From: Chiloscyllium plagiosum
Taxonomy: Eukaryota
Assembly: GCF_004010195.1 (NCBI RefSeq)
Contig: NC_057756.1
Coordinates: 7,320,275 to 7,384,274, forward strand
Direction of reading: 5' to 3'
DNA length: 64,000 bases
Shown: positions 51,480 through 64,000 of the stretch, piece by piece
Layout of the letters: every line of letters begins with the position of its first letter
How positions within the stretch are numbered: the stretch's first letter is position 1
Made by a program: the position numbers and the translations under genes
The notes under the pieces: generated by a model
What the model saw: only the letters and a program-made list of their open reading frames with translations
What the model was told of the DNA's origin: nothing
Databases searched by the model: none

Positions 51480-53040
51480 GCCCCCTCTGATTCTCGTTCA
51501 TTTATACAGTGAGAGGTGATCCACTCTATTTATTCTCCCACACACCCCATGATACTGAATATCATGTTAAAGCTCGGCATACCTAACCCCACGATTCCCA
51601 TTCAGTTTTATTCGTTGTAGCAATTCTTTCTTTTTATATTTATCGAACTGCCAATGCAGACAGTCTGAAATTGACTTGTGCCTGATTCGGTGACCAACTG
51701 AAAGTAAGGTTGGTTCCTGGAAACACAAGGTGATTGAGTCAGTAGCCGGGCACTCAGCACACTCTCTATTCAGTCTGGTCCTGTCTCATCATCCTACTTA
51801 AGAACACTTTCTCCCAAATTCCCCAAAGCCTTCTATGTCATTGGCATGAGCAAATCTGTCAATGTCTACTTTAAACAGACTGAGTGACTGAGTTTCCATA
51901 AAGTTGAGAATGCCATGGAATCTCTGCCATCAGATACTGAAAGCATTCTCGTTTCGGTACTAATGAGATGTTTCGTTACATTGTAGTTTTGTGCCTGGTT
52001 CTATACTTCCCCCAACTTGGGGATAATCTTATCTACATTTAGCCTGTGTCGTCATTAAACGTTTATTTGATAAGATTCCAATGAGAGCATCTTTCATTCT
52101 TCGAGACCCTGGAGAGATTACAAGCCTATATTCTGCAATTGCACTTCAGAGTGTGGTTCTGTCATCCCAGTGTCAAGTCTTTGCTGCATTCTGTATGTGA
52201 ACATTCTAAAAACCCTACAGGATGTGGACCAAAACTGCAGTACACCAAATAATGCATGAACGAAATTCCATATGTTTAAAGCAAGTCCTCATTACTCCTG
52301 TACTTGAAGACTTGCAACAATGGATGACATATTATTGTCCTACCAACTAATTGTTCAACCAGCATGTTCACCTTCTGTGGCTTGAGTGGTTCAGCCAGTT
52401 CCCACTGTCCATTTACGCCTCACCTTCGAAGATATGTACTACATATCTGCCCATCATGAAGGTGGATATGGGCATACGCTTCTGTACAATTCTTCTGCCA
52501 CGGTCTTTTCCAATGTGTCAGTCTGCCCAAGTCCTATTGAATCCACTTTACTTCTGTTTTACACATCACATTCTCAGATAAACTTGGAAACCGGACATTT
52601 GTTCCATGAGTATATTTTTTTAAATCTAATCAACCCGATCAGTGTTGCAATCGCACATCTGAGGAGTAGTGAGAGGGGAACCTAACCCCGCTAGCTCTGA
52701 GGTCGGGACATTACCATTGTGTAACTAGAGCCCTTCCTTTGAGTGTAAATATTTTTTGTGGCTATTGTGTACATCCAGTGCCTAAGTACCAGCTGGTATC
52801 AAATAGTTTCCATCCCATTAATCACAAGTTCAAAACGTGAGAATGAAATACTCCTCCTTACCCTCTGATTCCGGCCAGTTAGCAAATCCCTCATTCTATA
52901 TCTATATATTCCAAAATATCCTCTTGATTGAATTTTGGGAACACCACTATAGTGGAATCCTTATCAAAGTTTTATGATGATCCACGCACAGTACGTCCAC
53001 CAAATCGATGTTCTGAATTCACTTCCACCCTCAATAGTTT
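51480..53040 (-). mobile_element. Very old CR1 LINE fragment
   Basis: IQ*DLGRLTHWKRPWQ-like RT motif at ~52490-52545 and a decayed 3' region. Confidence 0.5.
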
Positions 53041-56000
53041 ATCCAAAGCTCTGACTTTCTTTGAGACACCAGGTAAGGATGGCGGATTTCCTTCCCTGAG
53101 GGACATTAATGAACATGATGGGTTTTCCCCGATAATTGTCATCATTAGACTTCGATTTCCAGATTTTTAAAAAAATAAAATTGTTTCTAAATTCCAATTG
53201 GTCTCTTAGATTGCCGGATGGTCATCCATTTCCATTCTTCTGCATCCTGATGTGTGATGTAGACCCCTCCATAATCAGGATATAAATGTAATTCTATGGA
53301 TCCAGAATAGTGGCTGCAACTGTTCTTCAGGCTCTGAAACACAGGAGCTGAAGTCTGTTAGGTCAAAGGTAATTCATGCATACAGATAGGACACTTGACG
53401 AACCATAAGGCATAGGTACAGAAAATAGGCCACCCAGCCCATCAAGTCTGCTCTGCCATTCAATCATGTCTGACACGTTTCTGAAGCCTATTCTCCCACT
53501 TTCTCCCATAACCCCTGATCCCTTTGATGATCAAGAACCTATCTATCTCAGTCTTAAATATACTCAATGCTCTGGTCTCCACAGGCTTCCAGAGAATGGT
53601 GAATTCCAGAGATTCACCACTCTCTTACATCCATATCTTCACACATATTGGTGGATATATTTGCCACGTGGCCAAGCTTACCTGCCATACCAGAACTTTT
53701 AAAGCAATTTTACAGCAAGGGTACTGCAGAATAATCTCCCGGTTGTGCACCAATCAGTTTCTTACCCTGCACAAAGCTAAAAGCCAATTACCTGCAAACT
53801 ATATCTCAATCACCAACTTTACACGGCCTCTGCACAAACAGTTCTCCGTTCACTTCAATCACTTTTACCAACTTATTCCGTTTGATTCCAACAGTTTTGA
53901 CAGTTGAACCTAAAAGCACAAGTCTATTGTCACAGATCAATGTTCTTCCTTCCCAAAAAAGAGGGTGCTTCAAGGGACATTCCAGCATAAATTGTCCCCT
54001 GTCTTCATGGGCCATTTCAGATGGCAGCTCATGATCAATCACATTTCCCTGGATCTGGACATGGTAGCCCATCCAGCTTAGGCTGGCAGTTCGCCTTCCC
54101 CAACATACATAGGGGAAGCAATAAGATCTATATGAGAATCAACAGTGGTTCCATGGTACAGCATTAGGATAAGCATTAATTACAGATTACGATAAAAATC
54201 TCATTACCACAGAATATTATCTTAGTTTTCTGGATGAGTAGCCTGGTGGCATGACCACAAAGTGTCCTAGTGGCGAAAGCAAGAATTCAAACCTGACCCA
54301 GTTATTCTGGGTTCTAGGATCAGAATAAATTAATTTGATTTAATACGATACGGTGAAGGTGTGATGAGCAATTGAGGTTCAGTCAAAAATTTCACCTGAA
54401 CTGCGGTAAACTGTTGATGAAGAAACCTATAACTGACAAATTTAATATTCAGGTTTCAACTACAATAACTGAAGGTGAAAGAGCCACTGTGTGTAGGAGC
54501 AGGTACACAGGTAACAAAAGGCATTTGTAGCACCTTGATAGTCAATTGTTAAAGATCTGTAAAATATGTGACTAAACATGGCATTGAAGATTAATTTTCA
54601 TATCGAATGTGAAATTTTCATCCTGTGCTGCAATGTAAACCTGGAAGTGAGGGGGTCGTAATTTTCTGCTTGTGAGCTATTTCACTATTTTGCTGTTATC
54701 ATTGACAGTGTGGATGCAGGAAGAATGTTCCTGATGACCGGGTTACCCAGGACCAGAGCTTGCAATCTAAAGATGCGGAATTTATGATTCAGATGTGGGG
54801 CAGTTTCCTCAAACAGAGAGAGGTGAGCCTGTTCAATTTTCTGCCACGGGTAACTGTTGAAACCAAAGCACTAAAGTCTTGCAAGAAAAATGCAGACATG
54901 GTTCTTAGGATGAAAGGGATCAAAGGTTACGCGGAGAAATTACGAGCTGGGTACTGATTTGAATGCTCAGCCATGTTAATATTGAATGGTGAAGCAGGTT
55001 CAAAGGGCTGAATGGCCTGCTCCTGTCTCTATATTCTATACTCCTGTCTCCAGTCAGTGTGGAATCCGGCCCAGAATCAAGTAGCCGCTGAGTGTAAGGG
55101 TTATCACGGCTTGTTATCGCAAAGTCTGAAGGTACTGGAGGGAAATATGATTTCCATTTACCCAGGTGACCAGCAGACCTTCTTCCGATGTTCAGACTCC
55201 ATTATAATCGACAAGAAATAAAGTCCTTGCATGTGGAAGGTAAGATCTGTAATCAGTAAACATTCCTCCATTGGGGTGTTGTGTATAAAGGAGAACGTGA
55301 AGTTGCTTCAAATTCACTCCGTATCAAACTATTAATGGTTCATTAAATGTGTGTAAGTTGATGAGCAGGCTATTTCATGCACAATACGTTGGGAAGCTCA
55401 ACTTTCTCAAAATAGGATTTGCCAAATTGTGACTGTGTATCCTATTTTGTTGGAAAATCACATTTTCACTGGAATTTTTAGTTTCCAAAGGAATTTCAAA
55501 GGCTCTGTTTTTGTAGTGATGTATCGATTGGAAATGGTTGAAGATTAAGTTTGGGACATTCTAAGACATTGGAGAATTGTCTTGCTATGTTATTTCTATT
55601 GCTTACTCAGTCTATCCACAGCACCCAATTGTCCGCAAATGATCCTGGAGATTTTTAGCAGTGGGTGCTTCATGCGTAGACATTCCATGCACATTTGATT
55701 CTCTCGCCAGTGCCAATGTTCCCAGGATTGTGTATTTAAAATGGGGAAAGAGTCGCGATTTCAAACAGGGATGTGATGTGTTTTTTTTCAATTATCTCTA
55801 TAATATCTAGACATTGAAGCTTCTAAATATTAAAGAAAAACAGAATTGAAAGGTAATATGACAGGCATGGTGATGATTAATGATAAAACACATGGGTCAG
55901 TGTGAATATTAATTACACGAGAAGATTATTAGTCGAGTGAACATCACAGATCAATGCTGGTACACAATGCTTAACTCTTTCAGCCTTTAACAGATCAGTT

Positions 56001-56399
56001 TCACATTCTCATGTCTCTTGGTTTTTGTTAAAAAAAAATTGGTACGTGAAGGTGCCATAGTCCCAGAGGACCAATCTCTCATCAGACAAGCAGCTAGTGA
56101 TGGGTTTAAACTGAAAAGTATCTCTGGCAAGGGGCAACATTGAGAAGGTGACTTTCGCAGTAACCCAGCTGTGGGAACAGAAACTACACGGTTGTTATTA
56201 TTCAACATGTCACAGCAGCAATCAAGCCATTTGAGCTGATGCATGCCACAAAGGTTCCTAATCGCACCTGAGAAAGTGATCATGGGCAGCCACCCTGAGC
56301 TCGTTGTTATCAACTTGCTGTACATAAACCCATTTTGATGTTTTGGATGGAATGTCAGAACTTTTGCCCAGTGATCATGAAGCAATGACTCTGAGAACA

Positions 56400-58185
56400 T
56401 TTCACTGTTAGTGGGTTCATTACTGAGGGAATTCTTCACTCTTGCAGGGTCAGTAGTGAGGGAGCACCACACTCTCAGGGAGTCAGTACTGAGGCAGTGT
56501 TGGACTGTTGTGGTTCAATACTATGGGGACTCTGAAATGTCAGGGAGTCTGAGGGCAAGCACTGTCGGAGTGTCAGTACTGAGGGACCGCTGCAGTGTTA
56601 CAGGGTCAGTACTGAGGGAGGTCTGCACTGTTGGAGGGTCCGTACTGAGGGAATGCCACACTGTCAGAGGGTCAGTGGAGCAATGGAGTCTTAGAGATGC
56701 ACAGCATGGGCATACACTCTTCAGTCCAACTCAGCCATGCTGAGCAAATATCATAAAATAATCTAATCCCATTTGTCAGCACTTGGTTCATATCCCTCTG
56801 AACAATTCTTACTTATATACACATCCAGACACCTTTTAAATGCTGTTGCTGTTCAAGCCTCCACCGCTTTCTCTGCCAGCTCATTCCATACATGCACCAT
56901 CCTCTACATGAAAACATTGCCACTTAGATCCCTTTTAAATCTTTCCCATCTCACCTGAAACCTACGCCCTCTAGTTCTGGACTCTGCCACCCCAGGGACA
57001 AAACCTTGCCTATTTACTCTATCCATGTCCTTCATGATTTTATACCCTTCTATAAAGTCATCCCTCAGCCTCTGACGTTCTTGGGAAAACAGCTCCGGCT
57101 ATTCAGCCTCTCCCTATCACTCAAACTCTCCAAACCTGGCAACATCCTTGCAATTTTTTTTCTGAACCCTTTAAACTTTCACAACATTATTCCTATAGGA
57201 GGGAGACCAGAATTGCATGACGTATTCCAAAAGTGTCCTAACAAATGTCCTCTACAGATGCAACGTGACCTCTCAACTCCTATACTCGATGCTGTCACAA
57301 ATAAAGGAACACATACTAAATGTCTTCTTCACTATCCTATCAACCTGCGACTTCACTTTCAAGAAACTATAAACTTGCAATTCCAGGTCTGTTTGTTCAG
57401 CAACACTCCCTAGGTCCTTACCTTTAAGTGTATAAGTCCTGCCCTGATTTGCTTTTCCAAAATAGAGCACCTCACGTTTATCTATATTAAACTCTATCGC
57501 ACCCTCCTTGGTACATTGGCCTGTCTGATCAAGATCCCATTGTATTCTAAGATATCCTTCTTTGCTGTCCACTACACCTACATTTTGGTGTCATCTGCAT
57601 ACTTAGTAAATATACCTCCTATGTTTACATCCAAATCATTTACATAAATGATAAAAAGCAGTGCACCCTGCACCGATGCTTGTGACACACCATTTATTAC
57701 AGGCCACCAGTCTGGAAGGCAGCCCTCCACCACCACACTCTGTCTTCTATCTTCGACCCAGTTATGTAACCAAGTGAACATTATGATTTCAGAAGATTAT
57801 TTTTGAGGGAATGCTGCAATGTCGAAGGGTCAGTAACAAGGGAGTGCTGGAAAGTCTCAAGATACAGTGAAGAAGGAAGGTCAGTTCTGAGGAATAGCTG
57901 CTCTGTCGGAGAGTAAATACTGAGGGAGTGCTACAATTTCAAGTGACAAGTATTGAGGGAGTGCCGCCCTGTCAGAGGGTTAGTACTGAGGGAGTGCCAC
58001 ACTGTCAGAGGGTCAGTACTGAGAGGATGCTGCACTCTCAGAGGTCAGTACTGAGGGAGCGCCGCACTATCAGAAGGTCAGTGCTGAGGGAGTGCTGCAC
58101 TATCAGAGGGTCAGCACTGAGGGAGTGCCTGCTGTTGGAGGGTCACTACTAAGGGAGTGCCGCAATTTCGGAGGGTCAGTACTAA
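56400..58185. repeat. 33-bp tandem satellite (gagggtcagtactgagggagtgctgcactgtcg-like), split by a CR1 insertion
   Basis: tactgag recurs at 33-nt spacing (e.g. 57984 and 58017). Arrays at ~56400-56678 and ~57800-58185. Confidence 0.88.
56680..57775 (-). mobile_element. CR1 LINE (RT to 3' end)
   Basis: GVSQASVQGALLFIIYVNDLD...KYADDTK and EFNIDKREVLYFG motifs. Confidence 0.88.
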
Positions 58186-58690
58186 ATATGTGATGCCCAT
58201 TGTGCACTTTTGTGGGTCATATATTTCTGATAAAACTGCATTACAACCTCATTCTCTCCTTTCATTCTGACTCGGCTGTGGAACTGACTGAGTCGAAGAG
58301 AGAGTGTGATGTTCAGTGCACAAAGCACTCTGTCACAACAATAAGAAAACATTTAAATGTCCAATGAGCCTGCGCTGTAGAAAAGAAACCAATTCCTCCT
58401 TTTAATTTTCATTCTGCCCACCAGTTTGAATATTTTTACATGGCTTTTATTATTCCTTATGTGTATAATCGTCTCCAAATCTTTGATTGTTGCACAAGTT
58501 TTTTGTGACTGTGTTAAAGTGTGTGTTTATGTGAGTTTGAAGATGCCTGAGTGAATAAGCCAGTGCAAAACAGTGGAGAGTAGGAAGACTGGAATATCTG
58601 ACCTTTCCCATTTCTTCCTCTTCCTTTCCCTTTGCATCTCACAGATTCTCCTTTTTAAATGCTCAACTCTGTCTTTGCCTTTGTTTACAG

Positions 58691-59280
58691 GTTTATTGGG
58701 CAAGTCGCTAGTTTTCTCGATTCAAAGCGACAGGAATCTCCCAGCTCTCTGCGTTCACTCTCTGCCTGAGGGCTGCCTCAGAGACGAAGCGAGGCTACAG
58801 CTTGTTGTCCTATGCCACAGCGACTAAGGACAACGAGTTCTGCTCTGGCACAATGAGGACAGGAGACTGTCCCTTTACTTTGGCAGCAACATATTCCATT
58901 TCGCCCTCCCAGAGACCGATGCTCTGCTGAGACACATCTGTGTGAGTTGGAAATCCTCAACTGGATTCATCGCTTTCTGGCTCAAAGGAGTCCAGAGTCT
59001 TCAGAAAGTTAGCAACAGAGGTGGGATGGTCCGAGTCAGGGGCACGTTTATCCTGAGTCAGGAACAGGACTGGGTCGAGGGCAATGCTGATAGCAAGCAG
59101 AGTTTCATGGGAGAGCTGACAGATGTCCACTTGTGCGACTATGTCCTGTCGGCAAAAGACATCAAACTGCACAGTCAAGGGTGTCACTGTGCTGGGTGTA
59201 ACATCATCAACTGGCACACAGTATCATACGAGAGCAAAGGGAACATGAATGTGGAGGATAATCACGATTGTAACTTCTAA
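58691..59280 (+). pseudogene. Short pentraxin (CRP/SAP-like) main exon, frameshifted
   Basis: tttacag| GLLGKSLVFS..[shift]..LSAFTLCLRAASETKRGYSLLSYATATKDNE..[shift]..LRHICVSWKSSTG (HxCxSWxS signature)...ILSQEQD...QSFMGELTDVHL...NIINW. AATAAA at ~59939 and ~59978. Confidence 0.9.
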
Positions 59281-59339
59281 AAAATTGGGACTGTTTTGGA
59301 GTTGGCGGGGGCTGAGTCTCCCACGGGCACTCCTACAAA

Positions 59340-59720
59340 CAGGCACAAGTGCAGAAACACACAACCCACACAGACACACACACACACTTCCTAACACAAC
59401 CCTCATACACACGCATTCCCTAACACAACACAAACATGAACACACACACACACGTACACGCACACCCACACAATCCCACATACACACCACGGACACACAT
59501 TCACGTACAGATCTACACAACCACACATACACGCATATACTCACACCCATCCACCCACACACATGTATATACATATACACAAACACACACGAACACATTC
59601 ACACATACAGCCATGTATAAACACAGCTACACACACCCACAGACAGACATGCATACAAACACACACATATGCACATATACACACAGACGCACGCACAAAC
59701 ATATGGGAACATGCACACAA
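59340..59720. repeat. CA-rich low-complexity microsatellite region
   Basis: Degenerate (CA)n tract. It produces the spurious His/Thr and Cys/Val ORFs. Confidence 0.9.
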
Positions 59721-61894
59721 TAACATGCGATGTCTGATCTGTGCATTGGCTGCAAGTGTTTTTGAATTTGAGTGTCAGAGATAAGACTGTTGACACTGTC
59801 CCTTCAGTCAAAACCAGTGACGGATTGTAAATGTACCTTTTGTGATTATAAATATTTAATCTCTCTCTATATATTTTTGTGCTTCCATGAACACGAAAGA
59901 CTCAAACGTTCAACAAATGCACAGGTAAATTGTTTGTGAATAAACTGTAATGATCACCTTTAAATTCACGAACTCGCAATAAAAACAAAGCTTTTGCAGT
60001 TTTATTGCTGAGTTTTTTCTCTCGAGCATGCCCTTGCACCTCTGCACATTTGTGGTATCGTGGCAGTATTGTTACCCTCAAATCTGGAGATCTAGATTCA
60101 AATCTCATCTTCTCCAGATGCCTGTGAAAACATCATTGAACAGGTTGATTGGAGAGGCTATCTCATGGACACGCATCAGTTTTCAGGTGGGCAGTGGATA
60201 CAAGTTTGTGTTGTAAAGCTGGAGCAGGTCTGGAGACGAGCATGGGCTGAATGACGAAAGGTAGAAGGAGGGTTGAGATATGTAAACACTGGATATAGAT
60301 GAGCTGGCACACTGATAAGGAGGGACGTATGGTTTTGACTACATACACTTCAGGTAAACCAGCCAGATTCTTTAAGTAAGACATACAGAATCATTTATTA
60401 CAAGGTTATTTAAAAAGAAAATTCCAAGAGGTAAAGCTTATAAACAAAATATTTAAACAGTGTTAATATTTTTATATAACTACCCTCTTGACACGAACAC
60501 AAGCAGCTACACAAAACATTCAAATCTTGGAAAGTAATATGAATCTCTCAGCAATGCAAACTTAAAAGTGCTTAGCCAAAAAAAAAACAGTTCGATTTAA
60601 AATAAAACATGATGCAGAGGATTTTTTTCTTCAGCTGAAGAGAGTTTCCACTCAAGCTGTTACCACTGAATGTGACTTCATGAGTCAGTTGTGGCTGGTT
60701 GAATCACTTTTCTGGAGACAGTGATTGAGATACTGAATGCTCCTTCAATGAACCTTCATTTCGATGCTGAGCTTCTCGAGGGGATTTTGAACTCAGACAT
60801 TGATGAGAGGAGCTGTATTTTCATAGAAATACAGAGGAGCTGAAGGCAGTTGATCTCTCTGATTGCGTGCCTTCAGATGCAATAATTTCCTTATCACACT
60901 GACACTGTGTCATGTGACCTTTTCCTGAAAATCATGTGGACTGGAGGCGAGCATTTTGTATTATTTGCAACTTCATCCCTTTTCTGCCACAGCCTGTCTC
61001 CTTTACTTTACCAAGCACTCCTTCTGAAATGTCCGTTATTAAACAGGTCAAAATTGTTCTAAATTGACGTTAATAGTTTTTACATCACGATGTTCAATAC
61101 ATACAAAACCTCCCAGGAGCCACTGCTTTGAAAATCGTAATGCAGGGATAACATTGTTTACAGGAAAGCGGGTCAGTAATCTTTAGCAAGTGCCAAAGCT
61201 TGGTTCTCAACACTTTCAATGTACATTTCATTCTGTTCAAGTGCAATTATGACATCCAGGATTATTCACATCATCAAGCAAGTAAGCAGCCAATCAACCT
61301 GAAGCATTCTCAGAGGGAGATCCCGAAGAAATCAAAACTTTGAATGTCTTCCACCCTTAAACAATGGAATTTTAATACATAAATAAAGCAGAAGCTAAAT
61401 ATAACGCATAGATGTCACGTTAGGTTCTGTATTTCTTCTTTAAATAGAGACGGTCATCAGTCCATAAATGCATTGCTTTAATATTAGAGATGCAGTTATT
61501 AACAATCTCCTTCATATGAATTCTTCTCTACATATTTATGTTTGGCAAAGCATAATTTTTATAAGCACTTTTTAAATTCATGGCAAATATAACAGAAGAT
61601 GTTAACAGCATGGCAATTGATTTATATTTGTTTCTTTATGTGAGGATTTTAACTGTAAAACACCTAGAAGATTAGTCACTTAATACAGGAACATTTTAGT
61701 ATTCTGCAGATGCTTGTTACAGTTTTTAGCCTTTGCAGCCAAAAAGTGCAAAACGGGGCCATTTTACATACAGTTGCAGTACAGATAAGGATGAAACTAG
61801 GCAAATGTGGGACAATAAATTAATTAGGTCGTCAAAAACCATAAATCATGTGCTCATTCCAGGAGGATGAATTCTAAAGAGGGGCACACATCTT

Positions 61895-62240
61895 AACTTA
61901 GAATTAGAATTTAGAATCCCCACTTTGTGGAAGTAGGCCATTCAAACCATCAAGTCCACACTGACCCTCTTAAGAGTATTCCATCCAGACCCCACCCCAT
62001 ACCTTCCAAACCCCATACATTCCCCATCGCTAACCCACTGTGCCTGCACATGCCTGAACACTACGGACAATTTAGTACAGACAATCCACCTAACCTGCAC
62101 ATCTATGGACTCTGGGAGGAAAGTAGAGCATTCAGAGGAAACCCGTGCAAACTCTAGAGAATGTGCAAACTCCACCCAGACAGTCGCCCAAGGATGGAAA
62201 CGATGAGGCATCAGCGCTAACTACTGTGCCATTGTGCTGC
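61895..62240 (-). mobile_element. HE1-type V-SINE
   Basis: Homologous to the 31499 copy, with a (ttagaa)n tail. Confidence 0.8.
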
Positions 62241-62254
62241 TCGATGCAATACGA

Positions 62255-62383
62255 AAGGCGAAAGTGAGGACTGCAGATGCTGGAGACGAGAGTTAGAAAA
62301 TGTGATGCTGGAAAAACACAGCAGGCCAGGCAGCATCCGAGGAGCAGGAGAATCGACGTTTCGGACGTAAGCCCTTCTTCAGC
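62255..62383 (-). mobile_element. Penelope terminal repeat with intact-looking hammerhead core
   Basis: Minus strand reads CTGAAGA-a-gggc-ttac-gtcc-GAAAC-GTC. Confidence 0.72.
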
Positions 62384-63554
62384 AATATGACAGGCAACAG
62401 TTCAACAAATATTCAGTTTACACAGCAGTGACCTTCACTTTAGTGGCAAAACTGAACAATCAATCCATAACTACATCTTGACCTGATGTTGTGTTAGTTC
62501 CATTGGCTGGATGTCTGGTTTGCAAATAAGTGATACCAATAAGATCATGTTAATTCATCCACAAAGTTGAGGTTACCATGAAGGACTGTCTTTCGCCTGA
62601 GATGAGGAGAGCCTCAGGTCAAGCCATCACCAATTGATTACCTCAAATGGGACAGCAGCCCTACGATCAGGCAGAGCTATCGCCGTTTTACCTATTACAT
62701 GATGATCATTTTTTGGATTTATAATCACAGCAGTTTATCTGTATTTTAATTGCAGCAACATCATCTAATAATTGCACCAACCTTTTATCTTCTTGGAATA
62801 TTTTCATAGATCGCTTGTGAATTTTCATGGAGTGCTGCAGCACGATCTGAGAAAGCAAGATATTTAGTTTACCATGAACAGATTATGGTCGAGGCATAGA
62901 ATACGAAAACAGCAAAGGAAGCTTTGTATTCTATCAAGCCGGTATCACCTTCCAGTATTATCAAGTTAGACCCATTCTCGTGCTATTTTACCACAACCTC
63001 GTCAACAGTTTTCTTTGAAGAATTTATTCATTTTTCTTGTGCGTTTCTATTCAATTTGCTTCCAACCACATTTCAGTCTGCACGTTCCAGGTCTGAGGAA
63101 CAAAAAGTCTGGAGGGAAAGCACAAAACCTCACAGCTCAACCTCATTTTAGAAAAATGACTCAACCTCTTTAGTTGCTATTTATTTAACGTTATATCCAG
63201 GCATTTTGTGCACATGTCAAATCTGCTAGATCACCTCCACGATCCAGAAAAATTTACCCACTGTCCTCACAGTTCCAATGAACTGCAAACCGACTTCGCT
63301 GAAACTATTATAATAACAATTCACTTTATTACATTCCAGGCAGTACCGTTGAAGCTAAAACAATGGACAATTCTAAATTTAAATAGATTTAGAATAATTG
63401 AGTTGCAATGTATGAAAATGAAACTACGAGTTTTCATTATTCCCCTGCTGCTTTTTGAATCAATTCTGTAACTTAACTCCTAACATAGTCATTAACAGTA
63501 GGTGCAGTGAATAGAGGATCAAAGTTTATACTTGGAATTGTTCCATTTCAAGAA

Positions 63555-64000
63555 GATATAGAACATAGAACATTACGGTGCAGTACAGACCCTTTGGCCC
63601 TCATTGTTGCGCTGACCTGTGGAACCAATCTGAAGCCTGTTTATCCCACACATATCCATTTTTGATCCATATGTTTATCCAATGACCATTTAAATGCCCT
63701 CAAAGTTGCCCTCAATGTTGCAGGCAGGGTATGTCATGCCCTACTACTGAGTAAAGAAACCACCTCTTACATCTGTCCTATATTTATTACCCCCTCAATT
63801 TAAAGCTATGTCCTCTCGTGCTCGCCATCACCATCCGAGGGAAAAAATCTCTCACTGTCCACCCAATCTAAACCTCTGATGATCGTCTATGTCTCAATTA
63901 CGTCACACCTCAACCTTCTTCTCTCTAGTGAAAACAGCCTCAAGTCCCTCAGCCTTTCCTCATAAGACCTTCCCTCCATTTCAGCCATCATTTTAGTAAA
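63555..64000 (-). mobile_element. CR1/HER1 LINE 3' end (runs off window)
   Basis: (atagaac)n tail and reverse complement of the 2450-2880 region. Confidence 0.88.

Noticed and set aside
56400..58185. CRISPR-like regularly spaced repeats
   Set aside because: The 33-bp units are contiguous with no unique spacers, there are no cas genes, and the context is eukaryotic.
59224..59811. His/Thr-rich and Cys/Val-rich ORFs
   Set aside because: Translations of CA/TG low-complexity sequence.

Overview
Vertebrate genomic DNA, almost certainly a shark or other cartilaginous fish (inferred from HE1-type V-SINEs, HER1/CR1 LINEs, Deu-type SINEs, Penelope-like elements and a 33-bp satellite). Under the repeats lie three gene systems. 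(1) A minus-strand Siglec/CD22/MAG-like Ig-superfamily locus spanning about 3.4-49.9 kb. It has one damaged V-set exon with the sialic-acid-binding-type Arg and two intact C2 exons. Its 3' part has been serially duplicated, giving 7 copies of a 288-bp membrane-proximal Ig exon, 5 copies of an 85-bp transmembrane exon (neutral versus Lys/Arg-containing versions), 3 sets of small cytoplasmic exons and one ITIM/ITSM-like terminal exon. Most copies are decayed. (2) An intact two-exon, 327-aa GPR139/142-like class A GPCR on the plus strand, nested antisense inside this duplicated array, with an orphan exon-1 copy and a 3' fragment copy. (3) A frameshifted short-pentraxin (CRP/SAP-like) pseudogene. 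Several Penelope termini carry hammerhead-ribozyme-like cores. Exon boundaries were read by eye from splice signals and paralog alignment. Repeat boundaries are approximate. No database searches were run.
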